Shown piece by piece: positions 1 to 13,085 of a stretch of DNA of 64,000 bases (position 1 is the stretch's first letter; each line of letters opens with the position of its first letter). Position numbers and translations under genes: made by a program. A model generated the notes under the pieces. The model saw nothing but the letters and a program-made list of their open reading frames with translations, had not been told where the DNA came from and did not search any database. Source of the stretch: Podarcis pityusensis (lineage: Eukaryota); assembly GCA_964106645.2 (NCBI GenBank), contig OZ067039.1; one strand, given 5' to 3'.

Positions 1-1340
1 GTTTCTTTCCTCTTGGCTAGACCTCAAAGAACTTGGGAATAACGTCATTTTGTTGACATCTATTTCATGCTGCTGCAGATATGTTGGGTCCAAGATTCAG
101 AAGCAGAAAGGTAAGTGATGATAGAACTGCTTCCGCATTTGACTGGATTACAAAACAGACAGGGCTAAATGTTGGAAAGGTACTTTCAAATGCGAATGAG
201 TACAGGAAATCTTCAGGTATTTGGCCAAGGAATGCAGTGTGGGATTCTGCCAAGTTTATCCCTCCTGCATATAATGCGTTTTATGTTCCAAAATAACAAA
301 GTGACTTTTGATATTTAAGAGTAATTTTAAAAAACTTCTTACTTTTTTCCAGTTTTTCTGAAAACATATGTCACCCCCACACACCCCCCCCAAAAAAAAG
401 CCAGAACAAAAACTTTCCCCCCTGTGGCATCAAAATTTCCAGAAATTTTACATCTCTAGCATCTACATATGTGAATCTAGCATCTACATGTGTGTGAATC
501 TGGAGAACATTAATAATTCTAAATATAAGATTTAGAAATTAGTTTTTAACTAAGTTCTTAGTTTTTAACAAAGCATTAGGGGCCAAGTTTTTATTGTTGA
601 ATCTTACTTAATTAGAAGGTTGGTCACATCTGGCATTATACAAAGTATACTGAGTTGCCAGAATCGCATGCCTACTCAGAAGTAAGTTTCATTGAGTTCA
701 AAGGGACTTATTCCCAGGTAAGTACAGTATAGGATTGCAGCCTACATTGTTTCTTAAGGTCAGAACAGAACAAGAACTAAAGAGAACAGAAGTGCTGCCA
801 CTTAGTATTCCTCTGTTTGCTCAGCCTCTCTTTAGGTACAAATAATCTATATTTGCCTGAGGCATGAAGGATTCTTGTATTCTAAGGCAACCATTTGTCT
901 GACAGCTGAACAGAAGCACCAATTACCATTGTGCTCAACTGAAACGTGACATGCTCATTCAAACACTGCCTGAAGTTGTGAAATCCTACACATTCCAATG
1001 TGATGAGCGTATATTTTAAAGCATCTATGATTTGCCAGCCCATTCACTAACACACATTACTTTAAGTCAGACACAGATAAACCCACAGGTAGTGGGTGAG
1101 GGAGTGGGCAATTGCAGGGCAGAGGAGAGGGGTTCACTAAGGGCATCTTGCCCATCAAAACCTGGAGCCGATGCTATAAGCGTCCTGTATCAGATCCATC
1201 TAGTTTAGCATCCTGTTTGCACAGCAGCCAAGCAGATGTTGATGAGAAGCCCACCGTCAAAACATGAGTGCAACAGCTCCAATACTAGAGAGAATAGACA
1301 TTATTATTATTATGATTATTATTATTATTATTATTATTAA

Positions 1341-2322
1341 GTCATCATGACTTTGGGCTGGGTGTTCATCAGTATGCAGACGATACCCAACTCTACCTCT
1401 CTTTTAAATCAGAACTGGTGAAGGCAGGGAATGTCCTGTGTGAGTGTCTGGAGGCGGTTGGAGGATGGATGGCAGCTAACAGATTGAGGTTGAATCCTGA
1501 CAAGATAGAAGTACGGTTTGGGGGGGGACAGGGAGCAGGCAGGTGTGGAGGACTCCCTGGTCCTGAATGGGGTAACTGTGCACCTGAATGACCAGGTGCA
1601 CAGCCTGGGAGTCATTTTGGACTCACAGCTGTCCATGGAGGCGCAGGTCAATTCTGTGTGCAGGGCAGCTGTCTACCAGCTCCATCTGGTACGCAGGCTG
1701 AGACCCTACCTGCCCACAGACTGTCTCACTAGAGTGGTGCATGCTCTAGTTATCTCCTGCTTGGACTACTGCAATGCGTTCTACTTGGGGCTACGTTTGA
1801 AGGTGACCCGGAAACTACAAGTAATCCAGAATGCGGCAGCTAGACTGGTGACTGGGAGTGGCCGCTGAGACCACATAACACCGGTCTTTAAAGACCTACA
1901 TTGGCTCCCAGTACATTTCTAAGCACAATTCAAAGTGTTGGTGCTGACCTTTAAAGCCCTAAATGGCCTCGACCCAGTACCTGAAGGAGCGTCTCCACCC
2001 CCATTATTCTGCCTGGACACTGAGATCCAGCGCTGAGGGCTTTCTGGCGGTACCCTCCCTGCGAGAAGTGAGGTTACGGGGAACCAGGCAGAACGTCTTC
2101 TCGGTAGTGACGTCTGCCCTGTGGAACTCCCTCCCATCAGATGTCAAGGAAATAAACAACTATCTGACTTTCAGAAGACATTTGAAGGCAGCCCTGTTTA
2201 GGGAAGTTTTAAATGCTTCTTAATGTTTTATCATGTATATAATATTCTGTTGGTAGCTGCCCAGAGTAGCTGGAGAAACCCAGCCAGATGGGTGGGGTAT
2301 AAATATGTTGTTGTTGTTGTTG
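1341..2322 (+). mobile_element. L2 LINE, 5'-truncated 3' fragment (RT C-terminus plus 3' UTR), decayed
   Basis: Encodes HQYADDTQLY (about 1367-1396), SLGVILDSQLSMEAQV and LDYCNA...IQNAAARLVTG. Similar to the intact L2 ORF at 37541-40525 but with stops and frameshifts. Ends in a (GTT)n tail and is preceded by (ATT)n at 1301-1338. Confidence 0.93.
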
Positions 2323-3730
2323 CAATTGATAGCCTTATCCTCCATTAATATGTTCAAACCACTTTTATAGCAATACAAGTTGGTAGTCACACTGCTGTTA
2401 TTTTCCCCTCAAAAATAACAATAAATCAGAAATGGAGAGGGGGGAGAAGGAAAGGGGAGATTTTATATTCATAAATACTTGAAAGCACAATAGTAAACCA
2501 GCTGTGATCTTAATGGCTGTGGTCATATGCTATGCTTTCAGGGTAAAGAAGAAACCGGATTACTGCTGCTTTTGAAATTCAGCTAAGCACCCTTTAGCAA
2601 CACAACCAGTTAACACAAGCAATACACATAACAAGACTAGTGGAAAGCTACCACCCTGAGAGCCAACACATTTCCCATTTGTCTTTTTGCTGCTATAGAC
2701 CAAGGAGGCTACTTATCTGGATCTGTGAAGTGATTCTGCAGAATGGAATTAGGGACAGAATCTCAAAGGATCTTCTCCCTTATCTACTTAGGTATTATTA
2801 GCATTCACTCTCATTCAATCTCCCTCCCTAAAATTATGTAGATTTATATACAAATATATTCAGTACATTAAAAAAACCCAACCACATGCTATAGAACAAT
2901 TCACACACATAAAAATGGAGAAAACCCATTTCAGACTTCAATTAAATTTTTAAAAATTGAGCCTACATTTCAGTATCCACTGTAATTATAATCAGCTCTT
3001 TATTCTGAAGAGATAAAAAAGGAAACTGGAAGGCAGGAAGAGGGGGAAATGTTAGAAGCCTTTTCACTGGGCTTTTAGGCATTTAGTCAATTTACATTTT
3101 TAATCAGGAGAAAATTTATGTAATACTACATAACCACTAAGGATCCTTTGGGACAAAGAGCACAAAAGCGATCATTTCAAAAAAATAATAATAATCTGTT
3201 TAAAAATATTGCTTCAAAGTTTTCTTTTTTTCAGAGCGGGAGCAGTTGTTTAAAGTGATCATTTCATGCTACTTGTTTGGGATTAAGTACAAAGTCAATT
3301 TAACAAATCATATATGGAAATTTGGGGCAGCAAGGAAATATTTTCTTGTCAGTAGAACCAGTTGAGAATATATAATGGATAAAAATTAGCACTACTCCTA
3401 GCTCCTTGCCTCAAGGAGGGGTCTTAGAAGGCCAGGGGAAAAAATGGCTTAGGGGCAGATAGGCCCTCAGATCTGATGTTAGCTACCCCATGCTACTTGA
3501 TTCTTCTATTAAATGGATATGCCTGGGAATACAGCCTGTAGCTTTCTGAATGCAATGTATGCACTCTGCCCCTGACCTATGATCCCACTCCAAAGCCCTT
3601 CTTTCCAGTATCCCTTGCTCCTAAGAAATGTTATGGGTGGGGCAACATACAAGGCTTTCTAAGTGTTCAAACCTGAGTGCCTTTGGCTCTGTATACACCA
3701 TGCATTAACGGTGCCTGGCTCTCCCCTGGG

Positions 3731-3976
3731 AAGAAGAAGAAGAGTTTGGATTTGACATCCCGTTTTATCACTACCCGAAGCAGTCTCAAAGTGGTTAACA
3801 ACCTCCTTTCCCTTCTTCCCTCACAACAAACACTCTGTGAGGTGAGCGAGACTGAGAAACTTCAGAGAAGTGTGACTAGCCCAAGGTCACCCAGCAGATG
3901 CATGAGGAGGAGCGGGGAAGCAAACCCGGTTCACCAGATTTCGAGTCCACCACTCTTAACTACTATACCACACTGC
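3731..3976 (-). mobile_element. tRNA-derived CORE-type squamate SINE (Squam3-like)
   Basis: The minus strand starts CAGTGTGGTATAGTAGTTAAGAG...GGTTTGCTTCCCC (A/B-box-like head) and ends in a (TTC)n tail. Confidence 0.75.
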
Positions 3977-4054
3977 TTACTGGCAACTGTCACCATAGAG
4001 CTACAATTCCCAGCACACTTAATAAACTACAGTTCCCAGGATGATTTGGGGGGT

Positions 4055-6581
4055 GTAATCCAAGTTTATGCACCAACCACTGGTGCTGAAGAAACTGAAA
4101 TTGACCAATTCTATGAAGACTTACAAGACCTTTTAGAAGTGACACCAAAGAAGGATGTTCTTCTCATTATAGGGGATTGGAATGCTAAAGTAGGGAATCA
4201 AGAGATAAAAGGAACAACTGGCAAGTTTGGCCTTGGAGTTCAAAACGAAGCAGGGCAAAGGCTAATAAGAGTTCTGCCAAGAGAACAAGCTGGTAATCAC
4301 AAACACTCTTTTTCAACAACACAAGAGACGACTCTACACATGGACATCACCAGATGGGCAGCATCGAAATCAGATTAATTATATTTTCTGCAGCCAAAGA
4401 TGGAGAAGCTCTATACAGTCATCAAAAACAAGACCTGGAGCTGATTGTGGCTCAGATCATCAGCTTCTTATAGCAAAATTCAAGCTTAAACAGAAGAAAG
4501 TAGGAAAAACCACTGGGCCGGTAAGATACAATCTAAATCAAATCCCTTATGAATACACAGTGGAAGTGAGGAACAGGTTTAAGGATTTAGATTTGGTGGA
4601 CAGAGTGCTTGAAGAACTATGGATGGAGGCTCGTAACATTATACAGGAGGCAGCAACGAAAACCATTCCAAAGAAAAGGAAATGCAAGAAAGCAAAGTGG
4701 CTGTCCAATGAGGCCTTACAAATAGCGGGGGAGAGAAGGCAAGCAAAATGTGAGGGAGATAGTGAAAGATACAAGAAACTGAATGCAGATTTCAAAAAAA
4801 TAGCAAGGAGATACAAGAAGGCCTTCTTAAACGAGCAATGCAAAGAAATAGAGGGAAACAACAGAATGGGAAAAACCAGAGATCTGTTCAAGAAAATTGG
4901 AGATATGAAAGGAACATTTTGTACAAAGATTACCATAATAAAGGACAAAAGTGGTAAGGACCTAACAGAAGCAGAAGACATCAAGAAGAGCTGGCAAGAA
5001 TACACAGAGGAATTATACCAGAAAGATATGGATGGCTCGTACACCCCAGGTAGTGTGGTTGCTGACCTTGAGCCAGACATCCTGGAGAGTGAAGTCAAAT
5101 GGGCCTTAGAAAGCACTGCTAATAACAAGGCCAGTGGAAGTGATGATGTTCCAGCTGAACTATTTAAAATTTTAAAAGATGATGCTGTTAAGGTGCTACA
5201 CTCAACATGCCAGCAAGTTTGGAAAACTCAGCAGTGGCCAGAGGATTGGAGAAGATCAGTCTACATCCCAATTCCAAAGAAGGGCAGTGCCAAAGAATGC
5301 TCCAACTACCACACAATTGCACTCATTTCACATGCTAGTAAGGTTATGCTTAAAATTCTACAAGGCAGGCTTAAGCAGTATGTGGACTGAGAACTCCCAG
5401 AAGTGCAAGCTGGATTTCAAAGGGGCAGAGGAACCAGAGACCAAATTGCAAACATGTGCTGGATTATGGAGAAAGCTAGAGAGTTCCAGAAAGACATCTA
5501 CTTCTGCTTCATTGACTATGCAAAAGCCTTTGACTGTGTCGACCACAGCAAACTACGGCAAGTTTTTAAAGAAATGGGAGTGCCTGATCACCTCATCTGT
5601 CTCCTGAGAAATCTCTATGTGGGACAAGAAGCTACAGTTAGAACTGGATATGGAACAACTGATTGGTACAAAATTGGGAAAGGAGTACAACAAGGCTGTA
5701 TATTGTCTCTTTGCTTATTTAACTTATATGCAGAATTCATCATGCGAAAGGCTCGGCTGGATGAATCCCAAACCGGAATTAAGATTGCCAGAAGAAATAT
5801 CAACAACCTCAGATATGCAGATGACACAACCTTGATTGCAGAAAGTGAGGAGGAATTAAAGAACCTTTTAATGAGGGTAAAAGAGGAGAGCACAAAATAT
5901 GGTCTGAAGCTCAGCATCAAAAAAACGAAGATCATGGCCACTGGGCCCATCACCTCCTGGCAAATAGAAGGGGAAGAAATGGAGGCAGTGAGAGATTTTA
6001 CTTTCTTGGGCTCCATGTTCACTGCAGATGGTGACAGCAGTCACGAAATTAAAAGACGCCTGCTTCTTGGGAGAAAAGCAATGACAAACCTAGACAGCAT
6101 CTTAAAAAGCAGAAACATCACTTTGCCAACAAAGGTCCGTATAAAAGCTATGGTTTTCCCAGCAGTGATGAATGGAAGTGAGAGCTGGACCATAAAGAAG
6201 GCTGAACGACGAAGAATTGATGCTTTTGAATTATGGTGCTGGAGGAGACTCTTGAGAGTCCCATGGACTGCAAAAAGATCAAACCTATTCATTCTGAAGG
6301 AAATCAGCCCTGAGTGCTCACTGGAAGGACAGATCGTGAAGCTGAGGCTCCAATACTTTGGCCACCTCATGAGAAGAGAAGACTCCCTGGAAAAGATCCT
6401 GATGTTGGGAAAGATGGAAGGCACAAGGAGAAGGGGACGACAGAGGACAAGATGGTTGGACAGTGTTCTCGAAGCAACCAACATGAGTTTGACTAAACTG
6501 GGCGAGGCAGTGGAAGACAGGAGTGCCTGGCGTGCTCTGGTCCATGGGGTCACGAAGGGTCGAACACGACTAAATGACTAA
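4055..6581 (+). pseudogene. Disrupted BovB endonuclease-reverse transcriptase ORF
   Basis: Frameshift near 4268 and an in-frame TGA at 5388-5390 (probably CGA>TGA). The fragments correspond to ORF track entries 3677-4378, 4560-5390 and 5403-6581. Confidence 0.9.
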
Positions 6582-6593
6582 ACAACAACAACA
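4055..6593 (+). mobile_element. BovB (RTE clade) LINE, 5'-truncated
   Basis: Endonuclease motifs VIQVYAPT and GDWNAKVG. RT motifs QAGFQRGRGTRDQI, FIDYAKAFDCVDH, KGVQQGCILS and LRYADDTTL. BovB-type end GVTKGRTRLND* followed by a (CAA)n tail. Confidence 0.95.
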
Positions 6594-9109
6594 GTCATGT
6601 GCTTTAACTGTATAGAGTTCACAGAGTCTCATGACATTTACAGACAAGTTACCAATCTCTTCCCTTCTTTCCCATCTGTTGGCACCTACTAAATAGTTGA
6701 AGGTGTGAAGCTGTCTTACGCTATAGGATCACTGGTCTGCAAGGCTTAATAAATGCTCTGACTGGATGGAAGCAACTCTTCAGGGCCCCAAGCAAGGCCT
6801 ATTTTGAACCCTACTATCTGAGAACACTTTATATGAAGATGCCAGAACTTGAACTTCCTCAGGCATGCAAAGAATAAAATAAAAATAAATATGCACTACA
6901 ATAGTCCCATGGCCTCTGCCCAGCAACTGACATGACGGGCTGAGCTAATTCAAAAGGCCCTCCCCTCTGACTGACCTACCCACATATTTAGAAAGGCCCT
7001 GGGCAAGACGGAATTATTGCCATGGGGAATAACGCCGGTAAACCACAATTTCCCCAGAGCAGTAATCTAAAGAGACAGGGACAGTTGGACCAAAGTGATT
7101 TCTTAAAATACATGCACCAGTTTAATATACTTAGGCATACATTGTATAGTATAGCCACACAATCTGGCTGTGGGAAGAAATGGCAGATTTGTTGTTGTTT
7201 TACATATGAGCTAATCATGAATGAAAGCATTCATACGCACACATATCTAGATGAATGAAACACAAAGAGGTTATGAAAACAGGAATTGGAGCTGGAATGG
7301 GAGAAAATGTGGTAGATGTTGCAAATGCCCAAAAAACCTTTCCTAGTGATACTGGCATGGGGAGTGATCTGTCACTTTCAGTTCTCTCGATTTCAGATTT
7401 TTCCAATCTTAAATTCAGTTCTCCACATTTCTGAAGCACTGTTTGTTTGTTTTTAAAAATATCCTTTAGAAAAAATCTTCAAAATTAAGAAAATTATTCA
7501 GCATTTCTGTGTAAATTTCTCCTAGTATACAGTTTTGACCAATGTACCCATTTTTACAAGCAATTTCAAAGGAAATAATGGATTTTGTACGTTGTTTTCA
7601 CTAATATATTCATTTATAGGCACATATACCCTAATATATGCATATTTGTAAATATTATTTGCTTCCTCACATTTCTTTGGGAGGCACAAATTTGATAAAT
7701 TCAGCTTTGAATACAAATGGAATCAAATTTATCCACTATCTCTAGTCACTACCTTTAAAAAAACTTTTTCAAGGTCAGCAAAGAACAATGATATCTCCTG
7801 CTCAAAGAAGGATCCAGTCATGGGCCACATGTTCATTCCAATTCCCACTCTTTGGCCAGAGACTTGCTAGTTAATTATGCTACATGTTCAGTTGTCTGTA
7901 ATTTTTTGCTACTCAAATTTATACAAAGTATTTCCCTCGGTTTTTCTTGTAGATACATTGGGAAATATAAATATGTTTCAAAAGAGAAAGGAAAGACAAC
8001 CAGGTAAAGTGGGTACCTCAGCCAACCTCACAGGGTGGATTTGACAATAATAATGGGAAGGGGGACCATTTCTGGTACCCTTATCTCCTTGAAATAAGGG
8101 TGGAACAACAACAAAGGCATTTGTTGTTGTTGCTACTGCTGCTACTACCGTTCTCGCTTCATCATTTTGAAGAGCAGGATCTTGAACTGTCACTACACTG
8201 AAATTGCAGTATCATAACACTGATGCGAAATATCTGTGCAGTTAGGACTGTGTTGATTAGATAGCGAGCTTCTCACCCTTGGTGACTCTGCAGTGTCTGA
8301 AAGCAAAATCAACCCCACACTCTTGTCAGAATTCATTTGACTTTTGCTGTGATTTATTCTCAGCTAACATGTATGTGCGGCCAAAGACTATTTTTTTGTT
8401 TTGGTTTCAGAAGCAGTAGCTACCCTGTCTTTCTCAGTCATGTCACAGCACAGACAACTTGGAGCTAACGTGAAACGTTGCTTAGCAACCACGCTAAGCC
8501 TGCTGGGATAATCTTACTGTTGGTTTTCTTGATTATATTTGGGATTCTTGCAATGTTTCTTCATCATAATAAATTACACCTTGGAAATCCCATCTCCTTA
8601 AATGCTTATCTTTTTCTTACACCTTAATTAATGCTTAGTAATCATAGGAAATGTACCTTCTTAAAATGTCTGTTTTGCTCCTTTGAGCAGAATTTATAAC
8701 CTGGGAAGCAAACCCCAGGCAGCATGCCTAATGATAGGCCTAAGAAAATAGCTCCAGATGACAGTTCACTGTGATGCAATTCCTCCTTCTGAATCCAGAT
8801 AGGAGACATTTATCAGACTGTCACATTCTACCAGACTCCAAAACACTTTTGCACATTTATTTAAGGGATCCTTACTTACCTCTTTGCCTGCCTCATCTCA
8901 GTGGGAGGAGCCTAGAAATTTGCTACCACTCGGTGGTCCCACCCCCTTTTGGCTCCAGCTCAACTGCATTTATTTTCACATTTGGGTTGCTTGCACAGGA
9001 GCAGTTTGTCTAGAAACCTCCTCCTGCACAGGACCTTTTCTGAGACAATAGGTAGGTGATAACTAGCACGATTTCTATTTCTTCCTTTAAAAATGCTAAG
9101 GTGATATGT

Positions 9110-10125
9110 TGTTATTGGTTTGAGGGTGCCAGCTCCTGCCCATAGTTCCTGGATTCGGTAAAAGTTTGAATTAATCAAGGTTTGATTAAACTTTGCCAAA
9201 CACAGAAACCCCCTGGATTTAGTTATGCTAACAAACCAAGCCAGCTTGGCCAAGCTAGCTGGATGGGCCATTGGCAGGGGACAAAGGCCAGTTCAAGGCC
9301 CTTCAAAGAAACCATCAAGGGGTGGCATGTAAAGACCCTCATAGGATGTGAATGCTCTGCAATCACTCCATCTCAGACTTCAGGCAACTTTTGCCCACAG
9401 GTTTTTTCTGCTAGGCAACACAGACCCCACTTCTGACACCAGTGTTCCACGTCCCCCCATTTCCGAGTGGTGTGAGATTTCAGGGGTTCTAGGCACTTAC
9501 CTAGGGTTCATATTTCCTTCAGAAATCAGGCATAGCGGAGACTGTAATGTCTTTATGATATATGGTTTCATTTACACAACTTGAAACTAGACGGAGGGAT
9601 TGCAGAGCATTCATAACCTTTGCGGGTCTGTCTTCTCCCTAAAGGATGGCATTGGATTCACAGGACATCAACAAGTCATCCTCTGTGTCTCTTAGTTCTA
9701 GCCTGTCATCTCTAGCTCACATGGAGTTCTGCCCCACTTCTCCTTTTCGCTGCTAACCTACTCTCAGAACCTCCCTCCAGCTTACTCATCCAAAGTTGAA
9801 ACGCTAAACCAGGCCTTTGGCTCTGCCCACTAGCACTCAGCAAAGAAGGGCCCCCATTCCTTTTTGTCAGGTAGTCTTGCCCTCAGATGGTTTCCTTGAT
9901 GGGCCATCACCAGCTTTTGTCCCCTGCTAAAAGCCAGGCCAGCCAGCTCTAGCTAGCTGGTGCGGCTCATTAGCATAACTAAATCTATGGGGTTTCTGTG
10001 TTTGGCAAAATTTAATCAAACCTTGATTTATTCAAACTTTTATTAAATCCAGGAATTATTGGGGGGGGGGGGGAATCTGGCACCCAGGAATTTAGGAGAA
10101 CCTGGCCACCCACAAATCATAACAT
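9110..10125. repeat. Long inverted-repeat (foldback/MITE-like) element with an interrupted right arm
   Basis: 9147-9231 is the near reverse complement of 9971-10055. Pairing extends over about 9120-9325 vs 9880-10085, and 9333-9383 pairs with 9581-9632. Confidence 0.8.
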
Positions 10126-10695
10126 CATGGATTTTAAAATGTTGTTTTCATTTCTGTCCCACCACATTTTCAGAGTGCTTTGAAACAAAACACAGGTTGT
10201 TGTTTTTTTAAAAAAATGTAGTATTGTAGTAAATAAATTTATGCAGCACTTCCTATCTGTTGACCCAAAGAGGCACTTAGCCTAGTCTTGAAATAAATTG
10301 GGGGTGGGGAAGTAAAAGCAACTTTAAAATAAATCAACTGAATAAGAACTACACTAAAATTGGCAACAGAAGAGTATAATGAATAATGAATTATTACCAC
10401 AAAGACCTCCTGGAATAAAAAGGGTCCTCCAGCATTTAGAAAGCCAACAGAGAGTGAACCTCAGGGGGGAGTTCCATAATGAGTGCACACACAAAAAAAT
10501 AGTCAATTCCCTATCCACAACTATAAATTCAGGAAGGGAAGTATTCAGTGCAGATATGATTTGAGAACAGATGAATGTCCATATAGAAGTCTCATAAGGA
10601 ATCCTGAACCCAGAATGTTTAGGGTTCTGAAGAACAAAACTGATGCTGTCAAGAAACCTCTTTCAAAAGACTAATGTCTAGCAGAAAACTTCAGT

Positions 10696-10895
10696 AAAGG
10701 GTCTTGTGATATCTTAAAGACTAACAATTCTTTTATGGCATAAGCATTTGTGAACTACAGTTCACTTCATAAGATACATGGAAGTCTTCTCAGTATGTGT
10801 ATATACTTGCAACTAACACTTCTTGCACCTAGCGAAGTGGGCTGTGGTGCATTAAAGCTTAAATGTGTTTGTCTAATGTGCTATAGGACCCTTTG
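10696..10895. mobile_element. Decayed Penelope-derived element with two inverted pLTR termini (degenerate hammerhead motifs)
   Basis: Left arm AAAGGGTCTTGTG..CTTAAAGACTAAC..GTGAACTACAGTTCAC-TTCATAAGATACATG. Right arm GCACCTAGCGAAGTGGGCTGTGGTGCATTAAAGCTT..AGGACCCTTT. Both resemble the CTGAnGA-stem-GAAA termini of Penelope-like elements. Confidence 0.65.
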
Positions 10896-13085
10896 GTGTT
10901 ATTCTCTGGAGTAGAACACTTCAGAAAATGTTTTACATTCAGCATTAACATTTGAAGATTTTTCAGTAACACTTCATATTTACTTAACTGTATTGGACAG
11001 TGGGCATACCATAGCTTTAAGTACTTAACAATATGTGACATGTAGCAATCAGTATTTGACGGTATCTGATGTTTAATAGTATCTGACATATAACTAACAT
11101 TTGATAGTATTTCGACAGCTGACATGCAGTAGCAGTCGGTATTTAACACTGTTGAACAGGTGACTGGCAATAGAATTTACTAAGTTCTGTTTGCATTGCA
11201 CTTAAGCTGAGCATCCTGAACAGGGGAAAGCAGCGCTAAATTTAAAATAGCTGCAGCTCCAAACTGTAGCCATTGCATGTAAGCCACATGATGAAGGAAA
11301 ACAGGCAGGTTTGGTTTGGCTTGGCTTGGCCAGCTCAGAGTTCCTTAGGCAGTGAAGAACAAGGTGAAGCTGACTGGCAATTAAAAACTAAAAATGACTG
11401 GAAATGGAAGCACAGATGGCAAAAAATGCTTTGGCTAATTATAAACCACAGCTACCTCACAGGCTAGAATACCACTCTAAATCTCTGGAGGTGCAGTATG
11501 CCAGGGTTTGTGCAACAAAGAAATACAACAAGCTTTGTTTTGAGTAGTGACTAAGTGCCTCCCTTTTCAGAGTTGTTCAGTGCCATTGGCTTCAATTTTG
11601 ATCATTTATATTGGTTAATTAATAATAGTATATATAAATATAGTGTGTTTGTGTGTTCATTTTCAAAGATTAAAACCAATATGAGAGCCCTTTGGGTTTG
11701 TCAGTGTAGGATTCCATGTTACAAATAAACCAACATTAATTTTGATTTATCCCTGTTGTAAATAGCATGTCTTTCTGCAAGTGGGATTGCGGGGGCTCGT
11801 CGTTGTTATATATGGCGTGTATTATTGCCTTCCAAATATGCTCATTCTAGTCTTTGCCAACAAGAAGTTAGTCAACTGTGTTATGTATGGGATTGTTAGA
11901 GAGCCCGAGTTGTTCTTTTCTGACCTTCATATCTTCTGTCACTGACTTGTACAGCACAACATAAAATTCTTCAGCAGCATACAGAGGCAGCGATATGCTT
12001 CTGGGCAATTGCTTTGCATGGCTACATTAGTGACATGGCAGCGATAGTACATCTGACAGTTGTGCCCTATAGGGCTTTCCCCCCCACAACACACACACAT
12101 TGCACACTCTATTTATACACCCCAGCTTTGAGCCATGCAAAGCATTTGCAAACTGAAATTCTTCTTGACTCTATCATAGTACTATATCCAATAATCAGCA
12201 AAGAGCTGAGCTAAATTTCTTGAAGTAAAAGCTGCATTTTACATGCAACCATGTCAGAAGAATAACTCAGAAAGGTGGCCTAATTTATTGGTGATTAGTT
12301 TTAAGCCAGCATGTTGCACTAAATCTCAACTCTGCAACACTGCATTATGTCATTAGAGATGAATTGTACTGGCTCATGGGACGTTAAATGCCCAACCATA
12401 TGACATACTGTAAAATGACATGACAAATGCTTGAGACAGTATAGCTGTCCCTAAAGGTTTAAAGGAAAATGCCCTTTTAAAAACCGATATTCTTTCTATG
12501 CTTTTCTACCAGAATGTTTCAATGGGGGCGGAAGAGGGGGGAAGCTGGTGGGTGAAAAAACCCCTATACATTTTGATTATTGTACCAATTTATTTATACA
12601 AGTGATATGAAGATATATGGTATACATCAGACAGAATGTGCCTATTTCCAAAGTCTTTGCCAAGTTCATACTCTGACACAATTACAAGGCAGATAGCTCC
12701 ATATCTGAATGGCAGGAATATGCACTACTATGTCAAACTGTCAGCCACTGGCTTCAGTGAATATCTTGGCCAGGCTGTCTTCACAGCAGAGATAAATCCA
12801 AATTATGAATGGATTGGTCAGCTGAGTCTTTCTAATAAAATCCTAAACCTCACAGCTTTTTTCCTTCTGCATTTTATCATCACTACAGCATGTCAAGCCA
12901 GGAATGGCCACCATTTTATGAATCCCTCTCTGTGTTTCTTGATTAAAATGTTCCATTTCGCCCACACACACCCCCCCGGAAAAAATGCTTCTGAATGCTC
13001 AACACAAATACTGCTTAATAGATGACCAGCACATGCCCTATGAATGTAAGTAAGTCACATTATGTCCAAAGGCACTTACTCCTTA

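Noticed and set aside
660-745. About 90-bp hairpin as a miRNA or other ncRNA (similar sequences at about 26480-26570, 27520-27597 and 34920-35000)
   Set aside because: It recurs as several decayed copies, consistent with an abundant palindromic interspersed repeat.
3677-4054. N-terminal part of the 233-aa ORF as a host-BovB fusion gene
   Set aside because: It starts at GTG and runs through an antisense SINE and another repeat, so it is most likely a chance open frame.
4547-6553. Antisense ORFs over BovB, and similar ones over the L2 and RTEX-like elements
   Set aside because: Shadow frames of the retrotransposon coding sequence.
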